Shown here one piece after another: positions 9,561 through 19,888 of a stretch of 64,000 nt of DNA (within the stretch, counting starts at the first letter, position 1; each line of letters opens with the position of its first letter). The notes under the pieces were generated by a model. That model searched no databases, had not been told where the DNA came from, and worked only from the letters and a program-made list of their open reading frames with translations. This stretch comes from Dehalococcoidia bacterium (GTDB lineage: Bacteria; Chloroflexota; Dehalococcoidia; Bin125): the NCBI GenBank assembly GCA_963663895.2, contig CAXXRD010000002.1, positions 128,001 through 192,000 of the forward strand. Reading direction: 5' to 3'. The translations under genes were made by a program, and so were the position numbers.

Positions 9561-10199
9561 ATGGCAGCCGACACGCGAAGCGCAATCTTAGCCCTTACCG
9601 TCGACCGCGGCGGCGCCTCGGTGGTAGACATTACCGAGGCGCTCGGGCTCGCCGACGCGACCGTGCGCCGACACTTGGACCGCTTGGTCACTGCGGGGTT
9701 GGTCACGCCCAGCGCCACCGTCCGCGGCGGCATCGGCCGTCCGTACCAGCTCTACCAAGCGACGGATGCGGGGGTACGTCAACAGCGCGATCACTCCGCC
9801 GGCCTCGCGGCCCGCATGCTCGACCAGCTCAAGCACGGCACCATCGATCTCGATGCCGTCGCCCAAGGGATCGGCCGCCGCATCGCCGCCGAGCACCGCA
9901 ACGACGTCCAGGGCGCGTCCCTCAAACGGCGCGTTTGCTCCACGGTCGAGGCCCTGCGTGCGGAGGGCATTCTCGATGCCTGGAGTGAAACCGAAGGCGG
10001 CTTCGTATTGGAGAACCACGCCTGCCCCTACCGCGAAGCAGCCGAAGCCAGTGACTGCGTCTGCGAGTCGGACCGCATCGCGATTCAAGAGCTGGTCGGC
10101 GTCGCCGTGGAGCAGGTGAGCAGTCTCGCGCACGGCGACGACACGTGCGAGTACCGAGTGTGCGCACCGGCCGCAGGAGGGAAGCGCAACCGTGCCTGA
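9561..10199 (+). CDS. sufR: SufR-like ArsR-family HTH regulator
   Basis: ATVRRHL..L, GRP..LY, NHACPY..C.C and terminal C (Fe-S ligands); first gene of the suf operon. Confidence 0.8.
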   Translation: MAADTRSAILALTVDRGGASVVDITEALGLADATVRRHLDRLVTAGLVTPSATVRGGIGRPYQLYQATDAGVRQQRDHSAGLAARMLDQLKHGTIDLDAVAQGIGRRIAAEHRNDVQGASLKRRVCSTVEALRAEGILDAWSETEGGFVLENHACPYREAAEASDCVCESDRIAIQELVGVAVEQVSSLAHGDDTCEYRVCAPAAGGKRNRA

Positions 10200-10956
10200 G
10201 CCGCTCCTCGCCATTGAGGACTTGCATATCGCCGTCGAGGACAAGCCGATCGTGCGCGGGCTGTCGTTGCTCATCCACGCGGGCGAAGTGCACGCGATCA
10301 TGGGCCCGAACGGCTCCGGCAAGAGCACGCTCGCCAACGCGCTCATGGGTCATCCTCGCTACACCATCACCAGCGGCAGCGTGCGCTACAAGGGCGAAGA
10401 GGTTATCCACTGGCCGCCCGACGAGCGGGCCCGTGCGGGCATGTTTCTCGCCTTCCAGTACCCCACGGACGTTCCCGGCGTTTCCATGATCAACTTCCTC
10501 CGCCGCGCGGCGAGTGCGCGCCGCGGGTCGGAAATTCCGGTAAGGGAGTTCCGCCAGCAGCTCGGCGCGGTGCTCGAGCAGCTGCATATCGACGAGCAGT
10601 TCGTGCGGCGCTACGTCAATGACGGCTTCTCCGGAGGCGAGAAGAAGCGTGCCGAGATCCTGCAACTCGGGCTGCTGCAGCCCGAGCTCGCCATCATGGA
10701 TGAAACCGATTCCGGCCTCGACATCGACGCCCTGCGGATCGTGGCGCAAGGGATCAACGCCACGCGCCGCGACTCCAACGCCACCCTCCTGATCACGCAT
10801 TACCAGCGCATGCTCAACTACGTCACTCCAGACTTCGTGCACGTGCTGGCCGCGGGGCGCATCGTCGTCTCTGGTGACGCGACCCTCGCCCATCGGCTCG
10901 AAGCCGAAGGGTACGACCCGATCCTCAGCGAAGCCACGGAAGGAGCGCCGGCCTAG
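10192..10956 (+). CDS. sufC: Fe-S assembly ATPase SufC
   Basis: [40 protein letters not shown]. Confidence 0.97.
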   Translation: MPEPLLAIEDLHIAVEDKPIVRGLSLLIHAGEVHAIMGPNGSGKSTLANALMGHPRYTITSGSVRYKGEEVIHWPPDERARAGMFLAFQYPTDVPGVSMINFLRRAASARRGSEIPVREFRQQLGAVLEQLHIDEQFVRRYVNDGFSGGEKKRAEILQLGLLQPELAIMDETDSGLDIDALRIVAQGINATRRDSNATLLITHYQRMLNYVTPDFVHVLAAGRIVVSGDATLAHRLEAEGYDPILSEATEGAPA

Positions 10957-12383
10957 TGCCTGCAGCCATCAAGCCCGACGTCCAGAAGCCCGACATCAAA
11001 AAGGAAGCCTACGAGTACGGCTTCCACGACAAGGCCGCCGCCGCCGTCAAGCTGCCCAAAGGCCTCAACCCGGATGTCGTCAATACGATCTCCGACCTCA
11101 AGAGCGAGCCAGCGTGGATGCGCGAACTGCGCTTGCGGGCGCTCCAATACTTCGAACAGCGGCCGATGCCGGAGTGGGGCGGCGACGTCGGCGCGATCGA
11201 CTTCAACGACATCCACTACTTCGTCCGCGCGAGTGATGAGCGTGACGAGGAGAATTGGGACGACGTCCCCGAGTACATCAAGAACACCTACGACAAGCTC
11301 GGCATTCCCGAAGCGGAGAAAAAAGGGCTGTTGGCCGGGGTCGGGGCACAGTACGACTCCGAGGTCGTCTATCACAACATCCGCAAGGACCTCGAAGCGA
11401 AGGGCGTCGTCTTTCTCAGTACCGACCAGGCGCTGCAGGACCATGAAGACTTGGTGCGGGAGCACTTCTCGACCATCATCCCCCCCAACGACAACAAGTT
11501 CGCGGCGCTCAATACGGCGGTCTGGTCCGGCGGCTCGTTCATCTGGGTTCCCGAAGGGGTCAAGGTGGACATTCCCCTCCAGGCCTACTTCCGCATCAAC
11601 TCGGAAGACATGGGGCAGTTCGAGCGCACGCTGATCATCGCGGAGCCCGGCGCCGAGGTGCACTACGTGGAGGGCTGCACAGCGCCGATCTACTCCAGCG
11701 ACTCCCTGCACAGCGCCGTCGTGGAGATCATCGCCAAGAAAGGCGCCAACGTCCGCTACACGACCATCCAGAACTGGTCGAACAACGTCTACAACCTCGT
11801 GACCAAGCGCGCGGCCGCCTACGAAGGCGCCGTCATGACCTGGATCGACGGCAACCTCGGCAGCAAGCTCACCATGAAGTACCCGGCCGTCTACCTCATG
11901 GAGCCAGGGGCGCACGGCGAGGTGCTCTCGGTCGCCTTCGCCGGACAGGGGCAGCACCAAGACGCCGGCGCCAAGATGGTGCACGGCGCCCCCCACACCA
12001 GCTCGATCATCACCAGCAAGAGCCTTGCGATCGACGGCGGCCGTACCTCTTACCGCGGTCTGGTGAAGGTCTACGAGGGGGCAGCGGGCTGCCGCTCCAA
12101 CGTACGCTGCGACGCGCTGATGCTTGACGATCAGTCCCGCTCCGACACCTACCCGTACATGGAGATCGATGAAAACCGCGTCGACATCGGCCACGAGGCG
12201 ACCGTCTCCAAAGTCGGCGAGGAAAAGCTCTTCTATCTGATGTCGCGCGGCCTGACCGAGAGCGAGGCAACAAAGATGATCGTGAACGGATTCGTCGAGC
12301 CGATCATCAAAGAGCTGCCCATGGAGTACGCCGTGGAGCTCAACCGCCTCGTCGAATTGCAGATGGACGGCGCCATCGGCTAA
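10956..12383 (+). CDS. sufB: Fe-S assembly protein SufB
   Basis: [34 protein letters not shown]. Confidence 0.97.
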   Translation: MPAAIKPDVQKPDIKKEAYEYGFHDKAAAAVKLPKGLNPDVVNTISDLKSEPAWMRELRLRALQYFEQRPMPEWGGDVGAIDFNDIHYFVRASDERDEENWDDVPEYIKNTYDKLGIPEAEKKGLLAGVGAQYDSEVVYHNIRKDLEAKGVVFLSTDQALQDHEDLVREHFSTIIPPNDNKFAALNTAVWSGGSFIWVPEGVKVDIPLQAYFRINSEDMGQFERTLIIAEPGAEVHYVEGCTAPIYSSDSLHSAVVEIIAKKGANVRYTTIQNWSNNVYNLVTKRAAAYEGAVMTWIDGNLGSKLTMKYPAVYLMEPGAHGEVLSVAFAGQGQHQDAGAKMVHGAPHTSSIITSKSLAIDGGRTSYRGLVKVYEGAAGCRSNVRCDALMLDDQSRSDTYPYMEIDENRVDIGHEATVSKVGEEKLFYLMSRGLTESEATKMIVNGFVEPIIKELPMEYAVELNRLVELQMDGAIG

Positions 12384-12419
12384 CGCCACCCGGGCCACAG
12401 GCAGAGCGCAGGAGCAGGT

Positions 12420-13766
12420 GTGGTACACGCCCCCGCCCTCGATCAGAGGCTGACCATCGTGCCCAGCAGGGACGCGGTGGAAACGCTGGCTGCGTCGCTG
12501 GACGAGCCTGCCTGGCTGCGCGACCACCGTCTCAGCGCGCTCGCCACCTTCGAATCGCTCAGCTGGCCCTCCGCCGAGGAAGAGGAGTGGCGGCGCACAC
12601 CAATGGACGGCGTCCCGCTGGAGGGCTGGGCACTTCCCCACGAGGAGGATACCGATCTGCCCGCTGCCCTCGCTCCGCTCGGCGGCGACGACGCCGGTCT
12701 CCTGAGCCACAGCAACGGCTCCACCACCGAGCAAGCGCTCGACGAAGCGCTGGCGGCACAAGGGGTCCTGCTACTACCGCTCTCACAGGCGGCGCGCGAG
12801 TACGAAGCGCTCGTGCGCGCACACCTCAACACCGTGACCCCCGTCGGCTACGACCGCTTCACCGCGCTGAGCGCAGCCCTCTGGAGCCAAGGGCTGTTCT
12901 GCTACCTCCCGCGCGGCCTCACCGTCGAGCGACCACTGCTGCACTACCTCGGTAAGCGCGCCGGCGCCTCCGCGCTGGGGCACACGCTGGTCGTCGCGGA
13001 AGCGGGAAGCACGGCGACCCTCATCGAGAGCTGCGCCTCCGACGGCACCTCGACGAGCGCCCCGTCGCTGACCCATCACACGATCGAACTCGCGCTGGAC
13101 GCCGCCACGCGAGTGCAACTCGCGCGGATCCAGCACTGGGATCCCACCACCAACGCCTTCCTTACGGCGTGCGCCCGCCTGGGCCGCGACGCCAATCTGC
13201 TGCTCGCCAGCGTTGACTTCGGCGCGCGACTCTCGAAGGAGCGGCTGGAGATCGACCTCAGCGGATCGGGCAGCCACGCCGACCTCCTCGGCCTCTTCGT
13301 CGGCCGCGACGCCCAGCATATTGAGCACAACACGCGCCAGAACCACAGCGGCGTCGGCGGCAGCAGCGACCTGTTGATCAAGGGCGCACTCGACGACCAA
13401 GCCGCCGCCGTGCAGTACGGCGTGGTCAAGATCCTGGCCGAGGGCCAAAAAACCGCCGGTTTTCAGACGATGCGCAACCTCCTGCTGAGTGAGGGAGCGA
13501 GCGCGGATCCGATCCCCGTGCTGGAGATCGAAGCGGACGATGTGCAGTGCTCGCATGCAGCGGCCGTTGGGCCGGTAGACCCGGATCACATCTTCTACCT
13601 GCAATCGCGCGGAATCCCGCCGGAGCCCGCCGAGCGCATGGTGGTGCAGGGCTTCCTCGAGATCGTGGCACAACGGCTCCCCGGCCAGCACCTGCGGGAG
13701 GCGGTCGCCCACCTGATCGAGGCCAAGCTGGACACGCCCAGGACAAGGGAAGGGACAGAGCCATGA
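12420..13766 (+). CDS. sufD: Fe-S assembly protein SufD
   Basis: EEWRRT, NLLLS, P.LEI.ADDV.CSHAA.VG, FYLQSRGI. Confidence 0.93.
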   Translation: MVHAPALDQRLTIVPSRDAVETLAASLDEPAWLRDHRLSALATFESLSWPSAEEEEWRRTPMDGVPLEGWALPHEEDTDLPAALAPLGGDDAGLLSHSNGSTTEQALDEALAAQGVLLLPLSQAAREYEALVRAHLNTVTPVGYDRFTALSAALWSQGLFCYLPRGLTVERPLLHYLGKRAGASALGHTLVVAEAGSTATLIESCASDGTSTSAPSLTHHTIELALDAATRVQLARIQHWDPTTNAFLTACARLGRDANLLLASVDFGARLSKERLEIDLSGSGSHADLLGLFVGRDAQHIEHNTRQNHSGVGGSSDLLIKGALDDQAAAVQYGVVKILAEGQKTAGFQTMRNLLLSEGASADPIPVLEIEADDVQCSHAAAVGPVDPDHIFYLQSRGIPPEPAERMVVQGFLEIVAQRLPGQHLREAVAHLIEAKLDTPRTREGTEP

Positions 13767-14086
13767 GCCGCTTCGTCACCGTCGCGCAGGCGGAGGCCGT
13801 CCCGGAAAACCGCGCCGTGATCGTCGAGGTGGGGGGGCGCAGCATTGCGCTGTGCCGCATCGCCAACGACGCGATCTACGCCATCGACAACGTCTGCACG
13901 CACGACAACGGCCCGCTTGGTGAGGGCGTCCTCCGCGGCGACCGAATCGAGTGTCCCCGCCACGGCGCGCTCTTCGATGTGCGCAGTGGCGCCGCGAAAA
14001 CGCTGCCGGCCATCAAGCCAGTTCGGAGCTACCGCACGCGCGTCGCCGACGGGGAGGTTCAAGTCGACCTGGAAAGCGCGGAATGA
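13763..14086 (+). CDS. Rieske [2Fe-2S] ferredoxin
   Basis: CTHD...CPRHG Rieske motif; ATG at 13763. Confidence 0.92.
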   Translation: MSRFVTVAQAEAVPENRAVIVEVGGRSIALCRIANDAIYAIDNVCTHDNGPLGEGVLRGDRIECPRHGALFDVRSGAAKTLPAIKPVRSYRTRVADGEVQVDLESAE

Positions 14087-15333
14087 TCGCCAGACCCACC
14101 CTCGACCTGGAAGCGATCCGTGCCGACTTCCCCATTCTCAAACGGACGGTCAACGGGCACCCTTTGGTCTACTTCGACAACGCCGCGACAACGCAGAAGC
14201 CGCAGGCGGTGATCGACGCGCTGAGCAACTACTACCAGTCCACGAACGCCAACATCCACCGCGGCCTCCACACGCTGGCCGAGGAAGCGACCGCCGCCTA
14301 TGAAGGCGTCCGCCACAAAGTCGGCGCACTGATTAACGCACCGGACCCACGCAGCGTGATCTTCACCCGCAACACCACGGAGTCCTTGAACCTGCTTGCC
14401 TACAGCTGGACGCAACGACTCCAGCCCGGCGACGAGATCCTCCTCACGATGATGGAGCACCACTCGAACCTCGTGCCGTGGCAGCTCCTGGCACAGCGAA
14501 GCGGCGCCCGTCTCGTTTTTCTGGACGTCAACGAGGCCGGGGAGCTCGATCTGGCGCAAGCCAAAGAGCGGATCGGGCCGCGGACCAAAGTCGTCGCCGT
14601 CGTACAGATGTCGAACGTACTCGGCACGATCAACCCCATCGCCGACCTGGCCCAGCTGGCGCACAGGGCCGGAGCCGTGTTCATCGTCGACGGCGCGCAG
14701 AGTGTGCCCCACCTGCCAGTCGACGTGCAGGCCTTAGACATCGACTTCCTCGCCTTCTCGTCGCACAAGATGCTCGGCCCAACCGGCGTCGGCGTGCTCT
14801 ACGGCCGACGCGAGCTGTTGGAGGAAATGGGGCCGTTCCTCAGCGGCGGCGAGATGATCAGCCTCGTGACGCCCGAGAGCTCGACCTGGGCCGCGCTGCC
14901 CCACAAATTCGAGGCGGGCACCCCCAACATTGCGGACGTGATCGCCTTCGGAGCGGCGCTTGATTATCTGCAGACGATCGGGCTCGGGGCGCTGCGCGCT
15001 CACGCGGTGGAGCTGACCGCGTACGCGATGGCACGGATGCAAGCGCTTGAGGGACTCACGATCTACGGCCCTTCCGTACCCGAGCACCGCGGCAGCGTCG
15101 TGTCGTTCAACTACTGGGACATTCACGCGCACGACATCAGCACCATCGTCGACCAGCGAGGCGTCGCCCTCCGCGCCGGCCATCATTGTGCACAGCCGCT
15201 CATGCGCACGCTCGGCGTGCCCGCAACGGCGCGCGTGAGCTTCTACCTCTACAACACGCCCGGCGAAGTCGATCTCTTTATCGACGCGCTCCAAGAGGCC
15301 GCTGTGGTCTTCGGCCACCGGGATGGCGCGTGA
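14083..15333 (+). CDS. sufS: Cysteine desulfurase SufS
   Basis: YFDNAATTQKP, DGAQ, SSHKMLGPTG, RAGHHCAQP. Confidence 0.97.
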   Translation: MIARPTLDLEAIRADFPILKRTVNGHPLVYFDNAATTQKPQAVIDALSNYYQSTNANIHRGLHTLAEEATAAYEGVRHKVGALINAPDPRSVIFTRNTTESLNLLAYSWTQRLQPGDEILLTMMEHHSNLVPWQLLAQRSGARLVFLDVNEAGELDLAQAKERIGPRTKVVAVVQMSNVLGTINPIADLAQLAHRAGAVFIVDGAQSVPHLPVDVQALDIDFLAFSSHKMLGPTGVGVLYGRRELLEEMGPFLSGGEMISLVTPESSTWAALPHKFEAGTPNIADVIAFGAALDYLQTIGLGALRAHAVELTAYAMARMQALEGLTIYGPSVPEHRGSVVSFNYWDIHAHDISTIVDQRGVALRAGHHCAQPLMRTLGVPATARVSFYLYNTPGEVDLFIDALQEAAVVFGHRDGA

Positions 15334-15854
15334 TGGCCAATCGCGAGGGAGCGCATCCCGTCCACTTCGACGAGCTCTACCGCGAGCTGATCTTGGATCA
15401 TTACCGCAGTCCCAGGAACCAAGGCGATCTCGCGAAGGCCACAGCCGCGGCGGAGGGGATGAACCCCAGTTGTGGTGATGAACTCCGCCTCGGAGTCGTG
15501 ATCGCGGACGATACCGTGCAAGACGTCCGCTTCGTGGGGCAGGGCTGCTCCATTAGCCAGGCGTCGAGCTCGATGATGACTGAGCAGATCCGCGGACGCT
15601 CGCTGGACGCCGTGGGCGCCATCGCAGACAAGATCCAGCGAATGCTCACCGTCGACGGCTTCGATGTCGACGCGGATGCAGTCGAGATCGGAGACCTGGA
15701 GGCCCTGCAGGGCGTCGCCCGCTTCCCCGTCCGCGTCAAGTGCGCATTACTCGCATGGAAGGTGCTGGCGAAAGCCCTGGCAGCAGCGACGGGCAGAGAA
15801 GTTGCGGACGATACGGAGATCCAGACGCGCGCCATCCAGCCTGTGAAGCACTAG
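15333..15854 (+). CDS. sufU: SUF system sulfur-transfer protein SufU
   Basis: LYRELILDHY, NPSCGD, GCSISQAS, RVKCALLAW. Confidence 0.94.
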   Translation: MANREGAHPVHFDELYRELILDHYRSPRNQGDLAKATAAAEGMNPSCGDELRLGVVIADDTVQDVRFVGQGCSISQASSSMMTEQIRGRSLDAVGAIADKIQRMLTVDGFDVDADAVEIGDLEALQGVARFPVRVKCALLAWKVLAKALAAATGREVADDTEIQTRAIQPVKH

Positions 15855-15866
15855 AGGGAGCATACG

Positions 15867-16190
15867 ATGAGCGAAGCCGGCGCGACGGCGCTCGACGAAA
15901 TTCACAGCGTCCTGAAAACTGTCTTCGACCCGGAGATCGGCATCAACATCGTCGATCTCGGGCTCGTTTACGACATCAAGCTGGAGGACGCGGGCAAGAC
16001 CGCCGTCATCGCCTACACGCTGACGACGCCCGCCTGCCCCGTGGGACCGATGCTCCAAGCGCAGATGGAGCAGGTCGTGGGAACGGTCGAGGGGATCGAC
16101 GCCGTCAAGCTCGATTTGGTTTTCTCGCCGCCTTGGGACCCGCGCGAGATGGCCAGCGACGAAGCCAAATTCGAACTCGGTATCTTCTAG
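15867..16190 (+). CDS. sufT: DUF59/SufT Fe-S maturation protein
   Basis: DPEIGINIVDLGLVY, TLTTPACP, PPW. Confidence 0.9.
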   Translation: MSEAGATALDEIHSVLKTVFDPEIGINIVDLGLVYDIKLEDAGKTAVIAYTLTTPACPVGPMLQAQMEQVVGTVEGIDAVKLDLVFSPPWDPREMASDEAKFELGIF

Positions 16191-16383
16191 AGCCGCCAGG
16201 GAAGGCCGCCACGCCGGCAAGCCAGGCGACCGGCCAAGTCGGCCGGAGGGGACCTCGCGGGCCGCGCCGGCCGGCGAGCGCTGGCGTGCCTATGCGTCCT
16301 CGCGAGTCCCCCATCGCAACAGCGAGCCCGGGAAGAGAACGCGATCGGAGAGAGACTTTGGCCAGCAGACGCGGCCACGGTCC

Positions 16384-17550
16384 TCAGCGCCAGAACGCGA
16401 CGTTCACCGGGCTGATCCCAAAAGGCAACGACGGGACCCGATGGATCTCCCGTGCGACCCCTTCAAGCGTCTCGATTCCATAGCCGTAAGCGGGCTGACG
16501 GTCGCTCAGAATAGCGACGGCGTAGCGCCCGCGACCGTCCTGATCGGTGACGACGGCGGCGCTGTGCACGATCCACTCCATCGAGTCCGAGTCGCCCCAC
16601 CAGCCGTTCTTGAAGGCAAGCCGATCGTCCCTATCGCCGTGGTTGGAGAAGCCCGCGCTCACGCCCCAGCGCTGCGCCTCACTGATGTCCTCCAGCAAGG
16701 CGAGCGCATGCCTGCGCGACGCTTCGCTGAGCACGCGCCCGGCGCCCACTTCAGCAAAAAGCAGCGCCACGTCCAGCGCGGTCGCGGTCATACCACCCCA
16801 ATCCCCCTCAACGAGCCTGATGCGCGGTTCTCCCAGCCCGATCCGGTTCAGCATCCCTCCGACACCGCTCACCCGTCCCGAGCGCACCCAGATCGCCGTG
16901 GTCGCGTCGCCGTCACTGAGGGTGATCATGTCGTGGAGCAGCTGCTGTTCGGACGGGGTTATCTCAAGGCGCTCCAGGTGTGCGTGCTCCAGGAAAGTGA
17001 CGAGGATCGCAACTTTGCCGACGCTGGCCAACTCGTAGCGATCTGCGCGGCCGTAGGTGTACGCGGCGCCGTCGTTCAGATCGATCACTGCTACGCTCAC
17101 CCGCCCCTCGCGAGTCGCCAGGAAATCGGCGGCTCGCGGCGCCAGCGTCGCGAGCGGCTGCTCAATCGCGATACGATCCGCGATCAGGACCGCGTCGACC
17201 GCGGCAGGAGTGGGGGCGGGGGCGAATTCCACGGCCTGGCCCAGCGGCAGGCTGGGCGAGTCGGCACCGGCCACGACCGGCGGACTGACGGCGGCATCGT
17301 TCGCCGTCTCGGGGCCAGTCGCCGCGCGAGATGGTTCGCGCTCCTCACTCGCAGGCGGCTCCACAGCAAGGACGGAGAAGGACACGGGAACGGCGGCGGC
17401 GTCTGCTCCGGCGACTACCGCCGCTCGCGCCAGCCCGTCCGAATCAGCCGTGGCAAGCGCGGCGACCACCAACCCCGCAGTCAGGCCCAACAAGGCGGCG
17501 CTGACGGGCAGCAGCCTGCTGGCGCGCCGCCAGCGGCGCGAGCGCGCCAT
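16384..17550 (-). CDS. Secreted serine hydrolase with class A beta-lactamase-like fold
   Basis: Signal peptide, Pro/Ala linker, ASVGK (SxxK), SDG, KNG; start set at ATG 17550. Confidence 0.75.
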   Translation of the reverse strand: MARSRRWRRASRLLPVSAALLGLTAGLVVAALATADSDGLARAAVVAGADAAAVPVSFSVLAVEPPASEEREPSRAATGPETANDAAVSPPVVAGADSPSLPLGQAVEFAPAPTPAAVDAVLIADRIAIEQPLATLAPRAADFLATREGRVSVAVIDLNDGAAYTYGRADRYELASVGKVAILVTFLEHAHLERLEITPSEQQLLHDMITLSDGDATTAIWVRSGRVSGVGGMLNRIGLGEPRIRLVEGDWGGMTATALDVALLFAEVGAGRVLSEASRRHALALLEDISEAQRWGVSAGFSNHGDRDDRLAFKNGWWGDSDSMEWIVHSAAVVTDQDGRGRYAVAILSDRQPAYGYGIETLEGVAREIHRVPSLPFGISPVNVAFWR

Positions 17551-17687
17551 CCTGCGCGCCCGAAGACTCAGCCCACTGGAGGACGGCCAACCGCGATCCG
17601 TCACATACAGGCTCACGCCCCACCACCGGGACGGCGCTGCGACGGGCCAGCCCCTCATCCGCCGCGATCATCGCCCGTTTGAACCGG

Positions 17688-18932
17688 TCAGGCGCGCATT
17701 GCGATCGAGGGGCGCGGCAGTCGCATCGCCACGAAGAACAGTAGCACCGAAAGACCGAAGCTGCAGATAAACATCGCCAGAGCCCAGTCATAGTCATCCG
17801 TCGCATCGAAGATGAGGCCGGCGGCGAAGGGGCCCAACAGCTGGAAGAAGGTCCGCATAACCGTCACCACCCCCGCGATCGTCGCGAAGTGGCGCAGCCC
17901 GAAGGCGCGCGTCAGCGAGAGCGGCTCCAGCATGAAAGGCCCAACGTTGGACCAGGCCCAGAGCACTATGAAGGGCGCCACGCCCATCAGCCCCGGTCCG
18001 GCCAGCAACGACACCATCGCGAGGCCGCCGAGGCCCGCCATCACCATTGCCAGGAACTCGAAACTCGGCGTCCGATCGACGATCCAGCCGCCCGCGAGCC
18101 TGGTGATCACGCCCGCCCCCACCGTGATCACGACCAGTAAGACGGCGAGGCTATTGCTCGCGCCCTCCGACTGATAGTACGGCACGGCGTGAACCACCCA
18201 GCCGAAGGCGCCAAAGAAGAAGAGACCGATCGCGAACGTCAGCGTCCAAAACAACGGCGTCCGCATCGCGCTCTGCAGGGAGACCCCGGCCAACACCGTG
18301 CGCTCGACTTGCAGTGGCGCTGGCTCGCCATCCACCAGCGCCCCCACGTCGGCGGGGGCATCCCGGATGACGAAGAGCACCAACGGCAGCATCCAGGCGC
18401 CCTGCAGGGCGCCGGAGAAGATGAAGGCGCCCTGCCAACCGAAGGCGTCGATCATGACTTGCACGATTGGGACCACCACGATCCCACCGCAAGAGATCCC
18501 CACGCCCAGCAAGCCGATCGCCATACCGCGGCGCCGATCGAACCAACGGGAGGCGAGCGCTTGGAAAGGAATAAAGTAGGCCAGCGCGATGCCCACGCCC
18601 AAGAGGCCGTTGTAGAAGAGCCACTGCCAGAGTGCGTCCGTAGTGCTCAGTAGCAAAAATCCGCCGAGGCTGACCAGGACGCCGACGCCGATCACCTCGC
18701 GTGGCCCGCGGATATCCGTCCAGCGTCCGATGAAAGGCGATGCCACGCCGCCCGTCAGCGCCGCCATCGACGGGCCCAAGGCCACCGCCGCCCGGGACCA
18801 GCCAAACTGATTTTCTAACGGCTCCACGTAGAGCGTGATCGACCAGATTGCGATCCCGCTCATGATCGCGACCGCCACCATCCCCGTCGCGATCAGCCAC
18901 CAGCCGTAGAACACGCGGCGCTCGCCGCGCAC
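17688..18932 (-). CDS. MFS transporter
   Basis: FYGWW, GRWTDIRGPR, WFDRRRGMA; about 12 hydrophobic segments. Confidence 0.9.
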   Translation of the reverse strand: MRGERRVFYGWWLIATGMVAVAIMSGIAIWSITLYVEPLENQFGWSRAAVALGPSMAALTGGVASPFIGRWTDIRGPREVIGVGVLVSLGGFLLLSTTDALWQWLFYNGLLGVGIALAYFIPFQALASRWFDRRRGMAIGLLGVGISCGGIVVVPIVQVMIDAFGWQGAFIFSGALQGAWMLPLVLFVIRDAPADVGALVDGEPAPLQVERTVLAGVSLQSAMRTPLFWTLTFAIGLFFFGAFGWVVHAVPYYQSEGASNSLAVLLVVITVGAGVITRLAGGWIVDRTPSFEFLAMVMAGLGGLAMVSLLAGPGLMGVAPFIVLWAWSNVGPFMLEPLSLTRAFGLRHFATIAGVVTVMRTFFQLLGPFAAGLIFDATDDYDWALAMFICSFGLSVLLFFVAMRLPRPSIAMRA

Positions 18933-19076
18933 AACCGCGAGAAGGGACGAGAGAAAGGACAGCGGCGGCTCCCTGACCGCGCCCGGCGTTTACCCGCGCG
19001 CGATGCTCGGGACGGTGGCGCGGACGCCACTATAGAATCGCGGCACCCTCGCAGCCGTGAAGGGGGACACAGGCGT

Positions 19077-19583
19077 ATGACGGACACGCGCATCGAAGTG
19101 GTGCAAGGCGACATCACCGAGCAGGAGGTAGATGCGATCGTCAATGCGGCCAATAATCACCTGTGGATGGGCGCGGGAGTCGCGGGGGCGATCGTGCGGC
19201 GCGGCGGCCGCGGCATTGAGAACGAGGCGGTCCGGCAAGGGCCGATCAACGTCAGCCAAGCCGTGGTGACCGGTGGGGGAACCTTGCCGGCGAAACACGT
19301 CATTCACGCCGCAGTGATGGGCCAAAACCTCCAGACCGACGGCGACACCATCCGTCAGACCACCATCAACGCCCTCAATCTGGCGGAGAAGCAGGCGCTA
19401 CGATCGGTCGCCTTCCCCGCCTTAGGAACCGGCGTGGGCGGGTTCTCGTTGGACGAGTGCGCGCGCATCATGGTGCAGGCGGTGCGAGAACGCTCCGGCA
19501 CGCCAGCGAGTCTGCCGATCGTGCGCTTCGTCCTCTTCGACGCCGCGGCCTATGCTGCTTTCAAGCAGGTCGCGTCCCTCTAG
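19077..19583 (+). CDS. Macro domain protein (ADP-ribose binding/hydrolase)
   Basis: GDITEQEVDAIVNAAN, GAGVAGAI, VIHA, FPALGTGVGG; TAGAAT -10 upstream. Confidence 0.93.
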   Translation: MTDTRIEVVQGDITEQEVDAIVNAANNHLWMGAGVAGAIVRRGGRGIENEAVRQGPINVSQAVVTGGGTLPAKHVIHAAVMGQNLQTDGDTIRQTTINALNLAEKQALRSVAFPALGTGVGGFSLDECARIMVQAVRERSGTPASLPIVRFVLFDAAAYAAFKQVASL

Positions 19584-19654
19584 CGGATGCCCTGGCTGGA
19601 TCCGCACCCCACGTGTCGCGTCGCGCCGATCGGCTCGTCGTCCGGCATGCTCCG

Positions 19655-19846
19655 AGGCGCACGCGTACCGCCCCCATCCGGCGACCGGTACAGGTGGATC
19701 GAGGTTGCTCGTGCGTTACCATTTGCAGGCACTGGACAAGCGGTTCCAGCAGCGCTGCCTGCCGGTAGGTTGGAGCAACACGGTGCAGATCCTCCACCCT
19801 CCGTCGCACCCGGCCGCATCGCCCGCACCCAGGCACGCACCCGCCT
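19655..19846 (-). ncRNA. Candidate ~190-nt rod-shaped ncRNA (6S-like architecture, family unassigned)
   Basis: Nested stems across the whole element; G-U wobbles only work on the minus strand; TACGAT -10 (19860-19855) just before the 5' stem. Confidence 0.55.
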
Positions 19847-19888
19847 GCTGGTGGATCGTACGGGCCGCTTGCTGATTCGGAATCAGGC

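Noticed and set aside
10953-12761. Long antisense ORFs (for example 10953-12761, 16441-17682, 48127-49593, 51691-52869, 63088-63858)
   Set aside because: Shadow ORFs typical of GC-rich DNA opposite clearly identified genes.
16384-17550. Antibiotic-resistance class A beta-lactamase
   Set aside because: SDG and KNG variants and no clear omega-loop ExxLN; more likely a cell-wall-related serine hydrolase.
19716-19781. 21-aa minus-strand ORF (MLLQPTGRQRCWNRLSSACKW) behind GGAGG inside the candidate RNA
   Set aside because: Not hydrophobic like type I toxins and unlike RiPP precursors I know; the RBS is part of a stem. Kept only as a secondary possibility.
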